Assembly: GCA_043228905.1 (NCBI GenBank)
Contig: JBHGNT010000014.1
Coordinates: 19,530,001 to 19,594,000 of the forward strand
Source of the DNA: Azolla caroliniana
Taxonomy: Eukaryota; Plantae; Polypodiophyta
DNA length: 64,000 nt
Direction of reading: 5' to 3'
Part shown: positions 50,401 through 63,519 of the stretch, one piece after another
Layout of the letters: the number at the start of each line of letters is the position of its first letter
Numbering within the stretch: the stretch's first letter is position 1
Translations under genes and position numbers: made by a program
The notes under the pieces: generated by a model
The model's database searches: none
Told to the model about the DNA's origin: nothing
The model's input: only the letters and a program-made list of their open reading frames with translations

Positions 50401-51803
50401 CCGGTATGTATACTCTTGTATGTGGATGATTTAGTCATCACCGGACCGGGTCTTCTCGAAATCAACCGCGTTAAGTCCCAGTTGTCGGACGCATTCGAAA
50501 TGAAGGACCTGGGGGACCTCCATTATTTTCTTGGGATCGAAGTGATCCGGACCCCCAACGGCATATTGCTCTCACAACGACATTACGTGTTGAATATGCT
50601 GTATATGTTCGGCATGTCGGATTGCCGACCTGTCTCCACACCCCTGGATCGGAACCAGAAGCTCCGTCCCAACTCCGGACCGGCTTGCAATGAGAAACGG
50701 TTCCGACAGGTTGTTGGAAGCCTGATCTACTTAACCATCACTCGACCCGACATCAGCTATCCAGTCGGCATGGTAAGTCTGTTCATGCAGAAGCCGACCG
50801 TGGAGCACCTTCAGTGCGCGCAAAGAATATTACGGTATGTCAGCGGCACTAAGGACCGGGGACTGCTATACCGGCGAGGTATACTCGAAGAGCTTGTTGG
50901 TTACACCGATGCTGACTGGGCCGGCGATGCGTCTGATCGCCGCTCCACTTCCGGATACATGTTTTCCATAGGTAGCGCGACCGTTGCATGGAGCAGCAAG
51001 AAGCAGCCCACAGTGGCTTTGTCAAGCACTGAGGCTGAGTACCGGGCCGCTACCGTTGCCACTTGTGAAGCCATCCGACCCCGATCCCGATTTACTGCGA
51101 TAACATGAGCAGCCTGCAGCTCGCCAGGAACCCTGTGTTCCATGCTCGCACAAAGCACATCGAGGTGCACTACCACTTCGTGCGTGAGTGGGTCCTGAGC
51201 GGTGAAGTTGACCTACGGTATGTTCATACGGATCGACAAGTTGCCGACATCTTCACCAAGCCGCTCGGATCAGACAAGTTGCAGCACTTTACCGACATGC
51301 TTGGTATTCAGCATCTCGACGTGCCACACTTGAGGGGGAGAAGCAAGGGCAAAGTCCCTATCAAAACGGGCAAAGGCAAAAAAACTGTTGAACCCGTCGG
51401 TAGGAGGAGAGCCGGAAGAGGAGGAGACAAGAAGATGAAGGAAGCCAAGTCGACGAAGGAAGTCGACACATCCGAACAGGTCGGAGCAAGCAGCTGTGAA
51501 GAAGAGTTGTGCACTCAGGAAGAGAAGTGCATGCTGTGCGGAGCTCATCACGATGGTACTGACCATGATGCGGAGTCGAATGGAGAATTCGATTTCGGTT
51601 CACCGGCTGAAGAAGCCGAGGGAAGCATGGAGAAGGCCAAGACTCGGAAGTGGTCCGATGTGGTGAGAGGTCTGAAGCCGGAAGTCGAATCGGAGTGTAC
51701 CGATTCGGACAAGAGCTGGAACGAGTCGGAGACAGCTGACTCGGATCAACAGATGGACCCGGATGAGTCGCATCGACTGAAGGCCAAAGGGACACAGACA
51801 TAG
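47430..51803 (+). pseudogene. Copia B gag-pol remainder
   Basis: [34 protein letters not shown]; stop at 49295, a frameshift, and a deletion in RNase H near 51075. Confidence 0.92.
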
Positions 51804-52481
51804 CGGAAGTCGATGCCATCGTGGGAAAACCAACGGATCGGCAAGCGCCGGAGTCACAACAACGTGACTGCTGAGATGGGCCTATTGAGCAGACATGCCG
51901 ACCGAGAGGGTCGAGGCGCGTAGCACCAAAGGGGTCGCGGCAAACGGGACCGGACCGGACGAGGAGCGCGAGCAAGGCGGAGTGACGCCAGGAGAAGTCG
52001 GTTGAAAGAACCGACTGCCACAGAGGTCGACACTATGACCCCACCTCAGGTTGAGCTTGAGGGGGAGTGTTGAGCGGCAAGCTCAACTGGAGCCGGATCG
52101 GCTGAATAAGCCGGAGCCGGTAAGCGAGACGGATCGGGCGAAACGGATCGGTATGACGGTGAGCAACCGAACCGGCAAGCAGTGGAGGCCGAGTGCAATC
52201 CGTAACTGGCAGTCCAATCGGAAGCCTAGAATAGGATAGACTACTAGGTATCTATAGTCTCGTAGTAAGTGTCAAATGCTTGTGTGAGCATTGAAGTACA
52301 TGGTACTTCTGTCAGTCCCAAGAGGACTTGTATAAATAGTGCTACTTAGCACAGTGTGTATCAGTTGAGTCTTTATATAATTTTGGAAATTACTTTCTGC
52401 TCTCTTTCTTTCTTTCTCTCTCTCTCTCTCTCTCTGTGTGTTGTTCTCTGTTTTACGCTTCCGCAAACACTTACGTTTACA

Positions 52482-54771
52482 AAGCCGTTGTAGCGTGCTC
52501 CTATAGAACACTTCTTCGACTACTCCCACGATTTCTTCATCTTCTTTTATTATTGATGTAGACTGTAACTCATCTTGCACCAAGTTTCGGAATTCTTTCT
52601 TCATTACTCCGGTTATGACCATGTACGTAGATGCTCCATCTGAACCGATTCGTACTTGTTTTGCTCTAAGAGTTTTCTTCTTGTGTAGGGTATCAAGGCT
52701 TCTCGGACTATTACTTCCCCACTCCATAATAGTTCGCTTTAAAAATCCATTTTTGTTTGGGACAAGAGCTCTCTCTTGTTCCTTTTTTGATTTGATGGCA
52801 TGGTTAGGAATTGGACGGTTTTCCCGCCGCTTTGTGTCCGAATTCGTGCAAAAGCCGCTCCACTATCGAGCACCTTTGTCTCCATCCATGAAGCCGTGAT
52901 AAAGGGTTGTCCGAGGATCACGGAGTGTGAGATGTCATCTTGCACGAAGAAATTTTGGTCAATCTCCACATCTCCAATCTTCACCGTCACATCCGGACAA
53001 GCCACAAATAAATCTTCCGTTGTTTTAGTGGCTACCCGGATCTTCCATCCATGATTAGTGTTAATAGGCCACTTTCCCTTTCGGTAGAACTCCTTGGACA
53101 TCAAATTGATCTCCGATCCGTGATCAATCAATGCTAGTACGGGCTCCTTGATGTTTCCGATTCGGACCGGAGTCTCTGTAGTTGCACGTGCCCAATGTGG
53201 CCTTCTGTAGTGGGAGTTCGGAATTTCATCCTCCACTTCGGTGTCAATCATTAGAACGGTATTTGTCCTTGGAGCATTTTCCTACTTATTATTTCTTTTT
53301 CTCTTCACGAGATCCACAAGAAGATTGTGGAACTCCTTCACTATTCCGAGTAATTCCCGATGCGAAAAATCTACCCGCTATTGAGGATTCTTTCCTCGAA
53401 CACCTTTTTTAAGTCTGTTTGTTGCTCGATGTCCGAAGCGAGTTTGAATGCTGGAATTGTTTTTCCTTTCCCCTTCCCTTCGGAGTTCTAGCTCTCTGGC
53501 GTCTTTGATGGTCCGACTGCATCATCTGTGCGCCGTCGTTTCTCATCTACATACACCTCATGTAATTGGCATAGGGTGTACACACTATTCTTATCGACGG
53601 GGCACTCCCATCCTGTAGCTTCTCGGATGCCTTCAGCGGTGCTTCAGATCTCATTAGAGTCAGTTTTCTCGGGGTTTTCTAGCACTTCTAGCCAAAAAGA
53701 CGCTTTGCTCCAGATGACTCACCCACACATATCCCCGCGGTTGTCGTATAATTGCTTTTCGCCTCTATCTCCTCCTCTAGGACCTTCTTAATGCCGCCTT
53801 TTCAGAAGTTTGGTCGGAGTGGCTTCCGAAAGTCCATCGAATGAATCCGATTTCCCTCATAGTAGATAAGGTCCCTGTCGTAGCGCCTCCTTGTGCTTGT
53901 CGCAATCCCTCCGATCATGTTCGGTGCTATCGCACCATATGCATCGACGGTTCATATACTTGGAACTTCTGGGACGGTCATCCAACTTCTTCACCATCGC
54001 GATTTTCAGATTCTTCATCTCTTTCAGCAATTGCTCCACTGTGGTTGCATCGATTCCCTTCTCGGTCGTAGTCTCCCGAGCCCACGGTTGATGGTCTTCC
54101 AATCCGGATCTTAATTTCGGAATTGGTTCCGAAACCCTCTTTTCTTCACTACCAAGCCATTGCCCCCTTTGTGTGTATCACGTGACGATATACCACACGT
54201 TTTCCCATGTATTGGTGAGGCCACTCTCAGTAGTGGTGTCCTCTAGAAGCATTCCAAGATCTTTCCGGTCCTGGACATCCACGGATTGTAAGAACATGAT
54301 CAATTTGTCCGGTGCGAGGATAGCTTGATCTCTTGCGAACAACCTCCCGAACCGACTTTTGAATGCCGAAAACACATCGAGGACCTTCAGCCCCTTGTCT
54401 GGCGTTTCCACCCAATCTTCGAATCCCCTCCGCGTTGCCCTGGAGGAGTCCTCGATGGCGAATGTGGTCTTTAGCGCTTCTTCAAATGCTTCCCACGTCG
54501 GATTTTGTTGTCGTATCCTGTGGATACTCCCTTGAAGCCCGTCCGTAGCCACCCGATTGAAGGATGTCACCTATAATCTTTCTGATATTCCACACCGTAG
54601 CATTTCTGCCTTGTAATCCCGCAAATATCGCGACACATCCTTCCCGTTGAATTGCCCGTTTTGTTGCACGAGCCACTCTACTACCACCGCAATCTCCGAC
54701 ATCGCGCATTGTTCTTGTAGCATCCACTCGAACATCGCCATCATGTTGTTAGTTTCCGGTTGATTTTCCAT
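52482..54771 (-). pseudogene. Gypsy gag, zinc knuckle and aspartic protease
   Basis: FNGKDVSRYL, CIWCDSTEHDRRDC, ALIDHGSEINLM...ILGQPF. Confidence 0.87.
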
Positions 54772-54788
54772 CTCCTTGCCACCCGGGT

Positions 54789-54806
54789 TTCACGTCGGGT
54801 TCACCA
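54789..54806 (-). promoter_or_regulatory. PBS complementary to the 3' end of plant tRNA-Trp
   Basis: Plus strand ttcacgtcgggttcacca matches the plant tRNA-Trp 3' end plus CCA as I recall it. Confidence 0.8.
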
Positions 54807-54810
54807 CTTG

Positions 54811-55457
54811 TGTTGTGCCTTTCGGCGCCAGATCGTTTGTGTGAGTCGGGTGGGAACCATTGGGGTTTTGGACTAGGAGAAAGAAGAATATGAGATAATG
54901 TTAGTTAAGAAAAGATTGCAAGAAGAAGATATGAAAATCGTGAATCCCACGAGTAAAGTGTATTAATTGATACTTAGATTGTAAGAGAGAAATAGATGGC
55001 AAAATCGTGAATCCCACGAATATTTTATATTAATCAATCCTTATAAAAATCAACAACCATATACATCTTTTCTCTCTTCCTTATATAGTGATGGAAGAGA
55101 CTAAGTTTATCACATGCAAGCATCATGCTTTTTCTAACTTTAGTTTTCATGCGCACTACATGTGCATGATTAGCTATCTATCACATCTTTTCTTTTAACT
55201 CGAGTGTGTATGGATGAATAACTTTTTCTATCATGCTTATCTAGAATATTTACATGGGATAAAGTTTAGTATAACTTTAAAAACTCATAATATGCCAGTA
55301 TAATGGTAAGGCTTAAAATTGTTAACATGGAGTTACAAGGTTCAAATTTTGCCCTATGCATGTATCACTTATTTTAACATTTTCTTCTATTTCTTCATAT
55401 TTATTGAATCGAATACTATATACGTTTTTCACATAGTGTACAAAATACACTACGACA
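54811..55457 (-). repeat. 5' LTR of Trp-primed Gypsy
   Basis: Direct repeat of 32941-33583. Confidence 0.95.
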
Positions 55458-56537
55458 ATGCATGCGTATGTGGTTTATGAAAACATAATGAAAAATAGAA
55501 CTAACTAATATCACGTCAACAAAATCATCTGACATATATTCTATCTACCATGTTTTTGTTCAAAACAGGGGTATATTTGTCAACGCAAGTATAATAGTAA
55601 CACGAGTCCTTGTGCATATTCTAAAAAGCATACCCCACTCTTTTAATTATGTGTGTATATTTATATATAATATATCTTAAAGCAAATTGTGAACCTTGCA
55701 ATTAAGAGATACTACTATGTCAAGAGAAAATTTCCATTGGCACGTGATATATGACACAGTCAATGTATAAATAAACTAGTCTACAATAACATTCCAATCA
55801 TATGAGTAAATGATAGAGTATAATTTTATCTCTCATATACCCCAAACGATAAAGGAGACTTTAGACAACATGTACACATACAAATTATACTTAATCTCTA
55901 AGTTCAATAAGTGTTACACAAAAATTATAAATAAGTTAGAAACTTATATATTACGTCAAAAGTTAACAATTCATATTGTTCAAATTTTACAATAAGCCAT
56001 ATCCATTCAATCGAATAATAAGTTTGGTAAAGCCGTCTCTTCAGGATTAGCTCTTTCATTAGGATTGTCCTCATTGGCTTCATCAGTATGCTAAGTTGAA
56101 TCGTTAGTATGTTCAAACTCTGACACGTCTTCTAATTCAACAAGGTCCCATGCTTCTTCATCTACAGGTTCCATAGGTTCTCTAGAAGTCATCTGGAACA
56201 TCTCAGTTTCATTGATATGCTTTTCCCCAACTTCTTGGTCTTGATCAGGACAGTCCCAAATACCTTGGATCCTCATTTTGATGAAAATAACCTGCTTAGG
56301 GTCCTTCTCTAATGCAATAGAGTTCCTAAACATCTTTAAGGCGCATGTTGTAGCAGTACATGACAACTGTAGAATGAAATTGCACATGTAATGTCAAACT
56401 GAAGAATAGACTATAACGTTACTCTAAATTGATGTGACAAGTTTTATATACCTGTGTCGGAAAAAAAATCAAAAACCCATTGAAAATTTGAAAAAATAAA
56501 ATTTGAAAAAATAAAATTTGAAAAAATAATAAATCTT

Positions 56538-57600
56538 GGAATTTCAACTAGAATACAATGCAATGCACTAGATTCCAATTGAAAATCCAAGATTTTTTTA
56601 AATTTTGTAATATTTAAAATTTTTTCCATAAAAAAATAAAAACTTGGATTTTCAGCTAAAATATGATGCACTACATGTATTTTAGTCTATACAGCTAGAA
56701 TCCAATGCAATGCATTGGATTAAAGTCGAAAATCCATTTTTCTATTTTCATTTTTCAATGTTATTTATTTATTTATATATTTTTTCCATATAAAAAAAAA
56801 TAATAAATGGCTTTTCAACTGAAATCCGATGCACTTCATCGGATTGTAGTCTATACAGCTAGACATTGATGCACTGCATCAGTTTTAGCGGACAATCCTC
56901 TTTCTTTTCAATTGTTTTTCATTTTTTTGACAAATAAATAAACATATTAAAAAAAATGGATTTCCAACTGAAATTTTATGCATTGCATCTGATTTCAATT
57001 GAAAATCCAAATTTCTTTTAGTTTTTCATAAAACAATGAAATAAATAAAAAGTTTGCATTTTCAACGGAAATTTGATGCACTGCATCAGATTTCAGTTGA
57101 AAATCCATGATAAGTGAAAAAAATAAAATAAAAATCTTGGACTTTCAACGGAAATCCGATGCACTACATCGAATTTCCGTTGAAAATATATCATTTTAAA
57201 TGGCTAAAATCCATGATTTTTTTATTTTAAACATTTTTTTATGGAAAAAATAAAAAAATAAGAAAATTTGAAAAAAAATAAGAAAAAGTGGATTTTCCAC
57301 TGAAATCTGATGTAGTGCATCGGATTTTTGTTGAAAATCCATTTAATTTTTTTTCATTTTTTAAAGATATTTTGAAAGTGGATTTTCAACTGAAAAACAA
57401 TGCAGTGTATCATATTTTAGTCTATATAGCTAGAATTTGATGCAATGCATTATGTCTTAGTTGAAAATGCAAGAGTATTTTTTTAATGGAAAATTTTAAA
57501 AAAATTCCAAGACTTACAATAGGAATATGATACAGTACATCCAATTATAGATGTATAGAGTTAAATTCGACATAGTGCATCAGATCTAGATGGAATGAAT
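56538..57600. repeat. Array of about 13 imperfect 45-50-bp palindromes separated by A/T tracts
   Basis: Consensus ggattttcaactgaaatccgatgca-c-tgcatcggatttcagttgaaaatcc. Confidence 0.85.
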
Positions 57601-59470
57601 CTGATTTCTGTTTGACATCGAAGGCTTACTATGAGAATCTACGAAAAGTGAAAAAACATCCTTACGACATTTTTTAGATTCTAATGATTTTAGTAGAAGG
57701 TTTCTCTCACATAATCAAATATCGTAAGTAGAAAGTACATAATTAAATATCATAACCAAAAAGTGAAGAAGAAAGAATGCATCAAGCACATCTACTCTTA
57801 CATTGGATAATGTTTATACACTAGTGTATGACTTATGTTTGACCAAAACAAGTTATCTGCGATAGACCACAATGAAGATACTAAAAGAGGATCTCGAATG
57901 TGGTTTTGGACACAACACAAGGACAAAAACACGTTTGCGTTCACAAGTGGAAGGATCGCGCACAAGTGGAAGGATAAGGAATATTCTGTTTGATTTTGGG
58001 GTTTTTTTTGCCATTTCACAAAACATCTTGATACTAGTATCACATGTTCTCCAAAACTTGATGAAAAAGTTAAAAATTTCACCATTTGGTAAAATTGAAA
58101 AATGCCAAATTTGGGTAAAATATGAAAAGTAACTTTGTGGATTTTTAAAGAAAAATGACAACTAATAAGTTTTTAGATCTTAAAGAAATCAAAGTAGAAT
58201 ATTTCAAAACAATGAACGTTTTTATTCCATTCGATAAAATGTTGTCTAAATTTGTTACATATAGTTGCACAACAAATACATTTGGGAGTTATTTGCATGA
58301 CTATCATCATTCTTTTCATGATAATCACTACTATAGATAATATACAATTGTGACTCTTCCTCCTCATCTTCTAATGTACCAATCAAATCATTGTCTTCAC
58401 CAAATGGTATCTCCAAATTTTGTGCAATAAATCTTCTTCGTCTTCAATCTGAGATATCTTCTAGACTTGCTAATATCTCTTTTATTATGCATATCGTTGT
58501 TGTCCTTATACATCCAACTTTTATTTGTGTAAAGTCATACATAATGATATCCACCTCATTAATGTCAATGATAGATGTATTACAAAGGTTTTATGCATCA
58601 TCACGTCCAAAACTTTACCAATGCAGAATTGGTACCCTAGGTCATGGCCATCTACATGTGTAGCTATTAATATCCTCACCTTGACTTCTTGCAAGTTTCC
58701 TTGTCACCTGAGTTATGCTTGTGTTGTCATCATTCGTTCCAACTATAAAGATCAACATTAAGTAGTGATTGAGAACCACACGAACACTTTATGGACCGTG
58801 TAAATGGCATTTGCAAGGTTCAATTACCATCAACACAATTATTAATAGTTTTTTGTTAATCAATGATGCACATGTTTACCATAAAGTATCTTATTGTACA
58901 ACATACTTGTTTGCACTACGATATGCATCTTTTTCTCTTGTAAAAACAAAGATTTTAGTACGATTCAAGTTCATGTTTAAAAAACCTCTTTTATCTGAAA
59001 AACAACAAGATTTTAAACATTAAGTCGATATGTTATATCGAGTTGATGTAAAAAATAGAGTTTTCATCATAATTCCATATAATGTATTGAATTATTGCTC
59101 AAAGTTTTTTTTACTAGATTTAAAAAATAATAATAATAATAAATTGTGCTTGAGTTCATCTAGAAAACCATAATTTTCATCACAATTCGATATAATGTAT
59201 TGAGTTCATGCTTAAAGTAATTTTTTCTAATTTTTTTCAATTTTGTTTCAATTTTGTTTCAATTTTTTTCAATTTTTTATAGTTTTTTATTGATTTTGTT
59301 TTATTTTTTAAACATCAATTTGATACATTGTATCGACTTGTGATAAAAGCTTTGGTTTTTTCATCACTTATTCAAGCTCAATTTTGTTTTAGAAAAAAAA
59401 ACAAAGTACCAAAATAAAATAGAAAAAAATGTAATTATTTTTAAAAAAAAATCTAAAATTAAACTTTTCA

Positions 59471-61750
59471 TGTCATGATATGGTAGGACTCAAACCCATG
59501 ACCTTATGTTACATGGGTCAAGCTCTTGACAATTAAACCATACATTGTAATACATAAAATATTATTTTTATCACTTCTTAAAGCTCAATTTTTTTTTAGA
59601 AAAAAAACAAAACACCATAATAAAATAGGAAAAAATGTAATTATTTAAAAAAAAAATCCGAAATAAAACTTTAAACATGAACTCGATACACCGTGTCAGG
59701 TTCATGTAAAAAAGTTAGCTTTTCAACATGAACTCGATACGCCGTATCGGGTTCATGTAAAAAAGTTAGTATCGAGTTCTTGTAAAACAGGTAACTTTTT
59801 TATATGTCATGATATGGTAGGATTCGAACCCATGACCTTCTGCTACATGGGTGGAGCTCTTGACCATTAGACCATGCATTGTAATACATAAATTATTATT
59901 TTTATCACTTATTAAAGCTTTATTTTATTTTAGAAAAAAAACAAAACACCATAATAAAATAGGAAAAAATGTAATTATTTAAATAAAACTTTAAACATGA
60001 ACTCGATACGCCGTATCGAGTTCATGTAAAAAAGTTAGCTTTTCAACATGAACTCGATACGGCGTATCGAGTTCATGTTTAAAAGGGGTATCGAGTTCAT
60101 GCAAAAGAGTTAGCTTAGTTCATGACATGATATAGTAGGACTCGAACCCATGACCTTCTGCTACATAAGTGAGGCTCTTAACCATTAGACCATACATTGT
60201 AATACATAAACTATTATTTTTATCACTTATTAGAGCTTAATTTGTTTTTAGAAAACAAACAAAACACCATAATAAAATAGGAAACAATGTAATTATTTTT
60301 AAAAAAAATCCGAAATAAAACTTTAAACATGAATTCGATACGCCGTATCGAGTTCATGTAAAAAAGTTAGCTTTTTTACATGAACTCGATACGCCGTACA
60401 TGAACTCGATACGGCGTATCGAGTTCATGTAAAAAAGTTAGCTTTTCAACATGAACTCGATACGGCGTATCGAGTTCATGTTTAAAAGGGGTATCGAGTT
60501 CATGCAAAAGAGTTAGCTTAGTTCATGACATGATATAGTAGGACTCGAACCCATGACCTTTTGCTACATAGGTGAGGCTCTTAACCATTAGACCATACAT
60601 TGTAATACATAAACTATTATTTTTATCACTTATTAGAGCTTAATTTGTTTTTAGAAAACAAACAAAACACCATAATAAAATAGGAAAAAATGTAATTATT
60701 TTAAAAAAAAAATCCGAAATAAAACTTTAAACATGAATTCGATACGCCTTATCGAGTTCATGTAAAAAAGTTAGCTTTTCAACATGAACTCGATACGGCG
60801 TATCGAGTTCATGTTTAAAAGGGGTATCGAGTTCATGTAAAAGAGTTAGCTTAGTTCATGACATGATATAACAGGACTCGAACCCACGACCTTCTGCTAC
60901 ATAGGTGAGGCTCTTAACCATTAGTCCATACATTGTAATACATAAACTATTATTTTTATCACTTATTACAACTTAATTTGTTTTTAGAAAACAAACAAAA
61001 CACCATAATAAAATAGGAAAAAATGTAATTATTTAAAAAAAAAATCCGAAATAAAACTTTAAACATGAATTCGATACGCCGTATCGAGTTCATGTAAAAA
61101 AGTTAGCTTTTCAACATGAACTCGATACGGCGTATCGAGTTCATGTTGAAAAGGGGTATCGAGTTCATGTAAAAATGTTAGCTTAGTTGATGATATGATA
61201 TGCTAGGACATAAACCCTTGACCTTGTGCTGCATGGGTGGAGCTCTTAACCATTAGACCATACATTGTAATACATAAAATATTATTTTCGTCACTTATTA
61301 AATCTTAAAGTTTTTTAGAAAAAAAAACAAAATACCAAAATAAAATAGGAAAAATGTAATTATTTAAAAAAATAAATCAGAAATAAAACTTTAAACATGA
61401 ACTCGATACGCCGTATCGAGTTCATGTAAAAAAGTTAGACTTTAAACATGAACTCGATACGCCGTATCGAGTTCATGTTGAAAAGGCGTATCGAGTTCAT
61501 GTAAAAAAGTTAAATTAGTTCATGTCGTGATATGTAGGACATGAACCCATGACATTATGCTACATGGGTCAAGCTCTTGACCATTAGACGATACATTGTA
61601 ATACATAAAATATTATTTTCCTCACTTATTAAAGCTCAAAGCCTTTTAGAGAAAAAAACAAAATACCAAAATAAAATAGGAAAAAATGTAATTATTTAAA
61701 AAAATAAATCGGAAATAACACTTTCAACATGAACTCGATACGTCGTAGAT
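59471..61750. repeat. Seven-unit tandem array (period 318-403 bp, mostly 332-334): LTR-derived tRNA-like segment + A-rich linker + palindromes
   Basis: Unit starts 59471, 59805, 60123, 60526, 60859, 61191, 61523. Confidence 0.92.
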
Positions 61751-61757
61751 TAACTCA

Positions 61758-61892
61758 TGTCATCATCATTCCCTCTCAGTCCCTCTCTCTCTCTCACTCT
61801 CTCTCTCTCTTCTTTTCTCAAGTGTTCTACACCTTAAATTCTTCTTAGTACTAATATTTCTCTCTTAGTACTAATTTCGTCTCTGTCTTAGA
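61758..61892 (+). repeat. R/U5-end fragment of the chromovirus LTR family
   Basis: Reverse complement of about 10330-10467 (ttagtactaatatttctctcttagtactaatttc). Confidence 0.8.
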
Positions 61893-63080
61893 ATTTTGTT
61901 TTTGAGCTTTAATAAGTGATGAAAAAACCTGAGTTTTTATCACAAGTCGATACAATGTATCAAGTTCATGTTTAAAATTATTATTTTTTCCATAAAAATA
62001 AAAAAAATAAAAGAAATTAAAAGGAACAAAAAGAAACAAAAAAAAATTGAAAAAAAATAAAAAAATTTGAAACAAATTGAAAATGTTTTTTTTTTTAAAT
62101 TAGAAAAAATTACTTTAAACATGAACTCGATACATTGTATTGAATTGTGATGAAAAATCTGGTTTTTCTATGAACTCAAGCTTAATTTATTATTATTATT
62201 ATTTTTTAAATCCGGTAAAAAAACTTTGAACATGAATTTAATATATTGTATAGAGTTATGATGAAAACTCTATTTTTTACGTCAATTCAATACAACATAT
62301 CGTGTTCATGTTTAAAACTCTTGTTGTTTTTCAAATAAAAGAGGTTTTTAAAGATGTATGTTGCACAACAAGATACCTTATGGTAAATATGTGCTTCATT
62401 TATTAGAAGAAAACCATTAATAATTGTGTTGATGGTAATTGAACTTTGCAAATGCCATTTACTTCACAAATTTTGAAGGGGAATTCTTATAAGGAAGGAG
62501 ATTATAACATTGTAGATACCTTGATAACTACGTGTTATGTTCAAATTGATATATTAATGTTCACATCTAAAGCAATTTATGAATATCGTCTACATTTTAG
62601 GAGTTGTGGATTTATCAAAATTGTTTATGAATATTGTCTACATTTCTTGAGTTGTGAATTTATGGATGTTAATGAGCACTAATTTATAGATGATGATGTT
62701 AAGGATTGCAATATTACCTTTTATACTTAAAACATTTTCAAGTCTAACAATAGATGTAACCTTAATCTTCTCAAGACGGTGAAACCATTAATCTTAACTT
62801 GTGCCTTGAGTTGACCATAATTGTGATTTTCTTTAAGTTAACTACATTTCATATCTGCAAACCATCAACATTTAAACATTATCCCTAAACTATTCAATTT
62901 TAGAAATTATCATTTAGAAATTTGTTAAATCTCAAAAAATTAGCAAAATTTACATGCTATTTAAAACATGTGATACTAGTGTATCAAGTTTTTGGAAATT
63001 TTCTAAAATCGCAAGATTATAAAAGGAATCTATAAGTGGAATGCGCAATCCTTCCACTTGTGAATGCAAAGGTGTTCAAA

Positions 63081-63260
63081 CAAGAAGCATGACTCATAAC
63101 CTCGATGAGGTTGAATTGCAATTGGATGAAGACAATGCGTTAGTTGCCATTGATGATGAGGATGAGACCTCATAAACTCTTACTAGTTCATCTAATGGGT
63201 ATGAAGATGATGGCATAAACTTGGAAAACGATTGTCCTGATACGTTAACTCTAAATATTG
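63081..63260 (+). pseudogene. Possible decayed hAT-like transposase acidic tail (continuing about 57650-57927)
   Basis: LSAIDHNEDTKRGSRMW before the TIR element and DEVELQLDEDNALVAIDDEDE after; weak resemblance only. Confidence 0.3.
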
Positions 63261-63519
63261 TGTGTACATCAAGATTTGGATTCATGAATTGCTATAAATA
63301 TTGGTGTTAGTCATTGTGGACATTCATTTTTAAGTTTGGCATGTCCATTATTTAGGGATTTTTTTGAACACCTAAATTTTCGTACATGCTAGTAATCAAT
63401 ATATTTTTGGGTCATTTTTTAAAACCCTTTATGCATACGACACCCCTTTTTGTGAATCACCCTAATTTGTGTCATTTTTTGATGGACAGTTCTCAAAATG
63501 CGACATATTACCTATTTCA

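Larger units (their letters stand above)
41197..52481 (+). mobile_element. Ty1/Copia element B (related to A), interrupted in gag by Copia C
   Basis: LTRs 41197-41608 and 52068-52481, PBS tggtatcagagc at 41609, PPT agggggag, 4-bp TSD AAGC. Confidence 0.95.
32941..55457 (-). mobile_element. Non-chromovirus Ty3/Gypsy, tRNA-Trp primed (Phygy-like by inference), with two nested insertions
   Basis: LTRs 32941-33583 and 54811-55457, PBS tggtgaacccgacgtgaa, PPT ggagggggcgag; flanks ACGT/ATGC are at best a decayed 4-bp TSD. Confidence 0.9.
57928..63076. mobile_element. Non-autonomous TIR DNA transposon copy 2 (4-bp TSD CAAA)
   Basis: aacacgtttgcgttcacaagtggaaggatc ... atccttccacttgtgaatgcaaaggtgtt; collinear with copy 1. 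Confidence 0.9.

Noticed and set aside
59805-59885. Functional tRNA gene
   Set aside because: Acceptor and anticodon stems do not pair; only the boxes and spacing are retained
56538-61750. CRISPR-like appearance of spaced palindromic repeats
   Set aside because: Spacers are low-complexity or themselves repeated, no cas genes, eukaryotic transposon context
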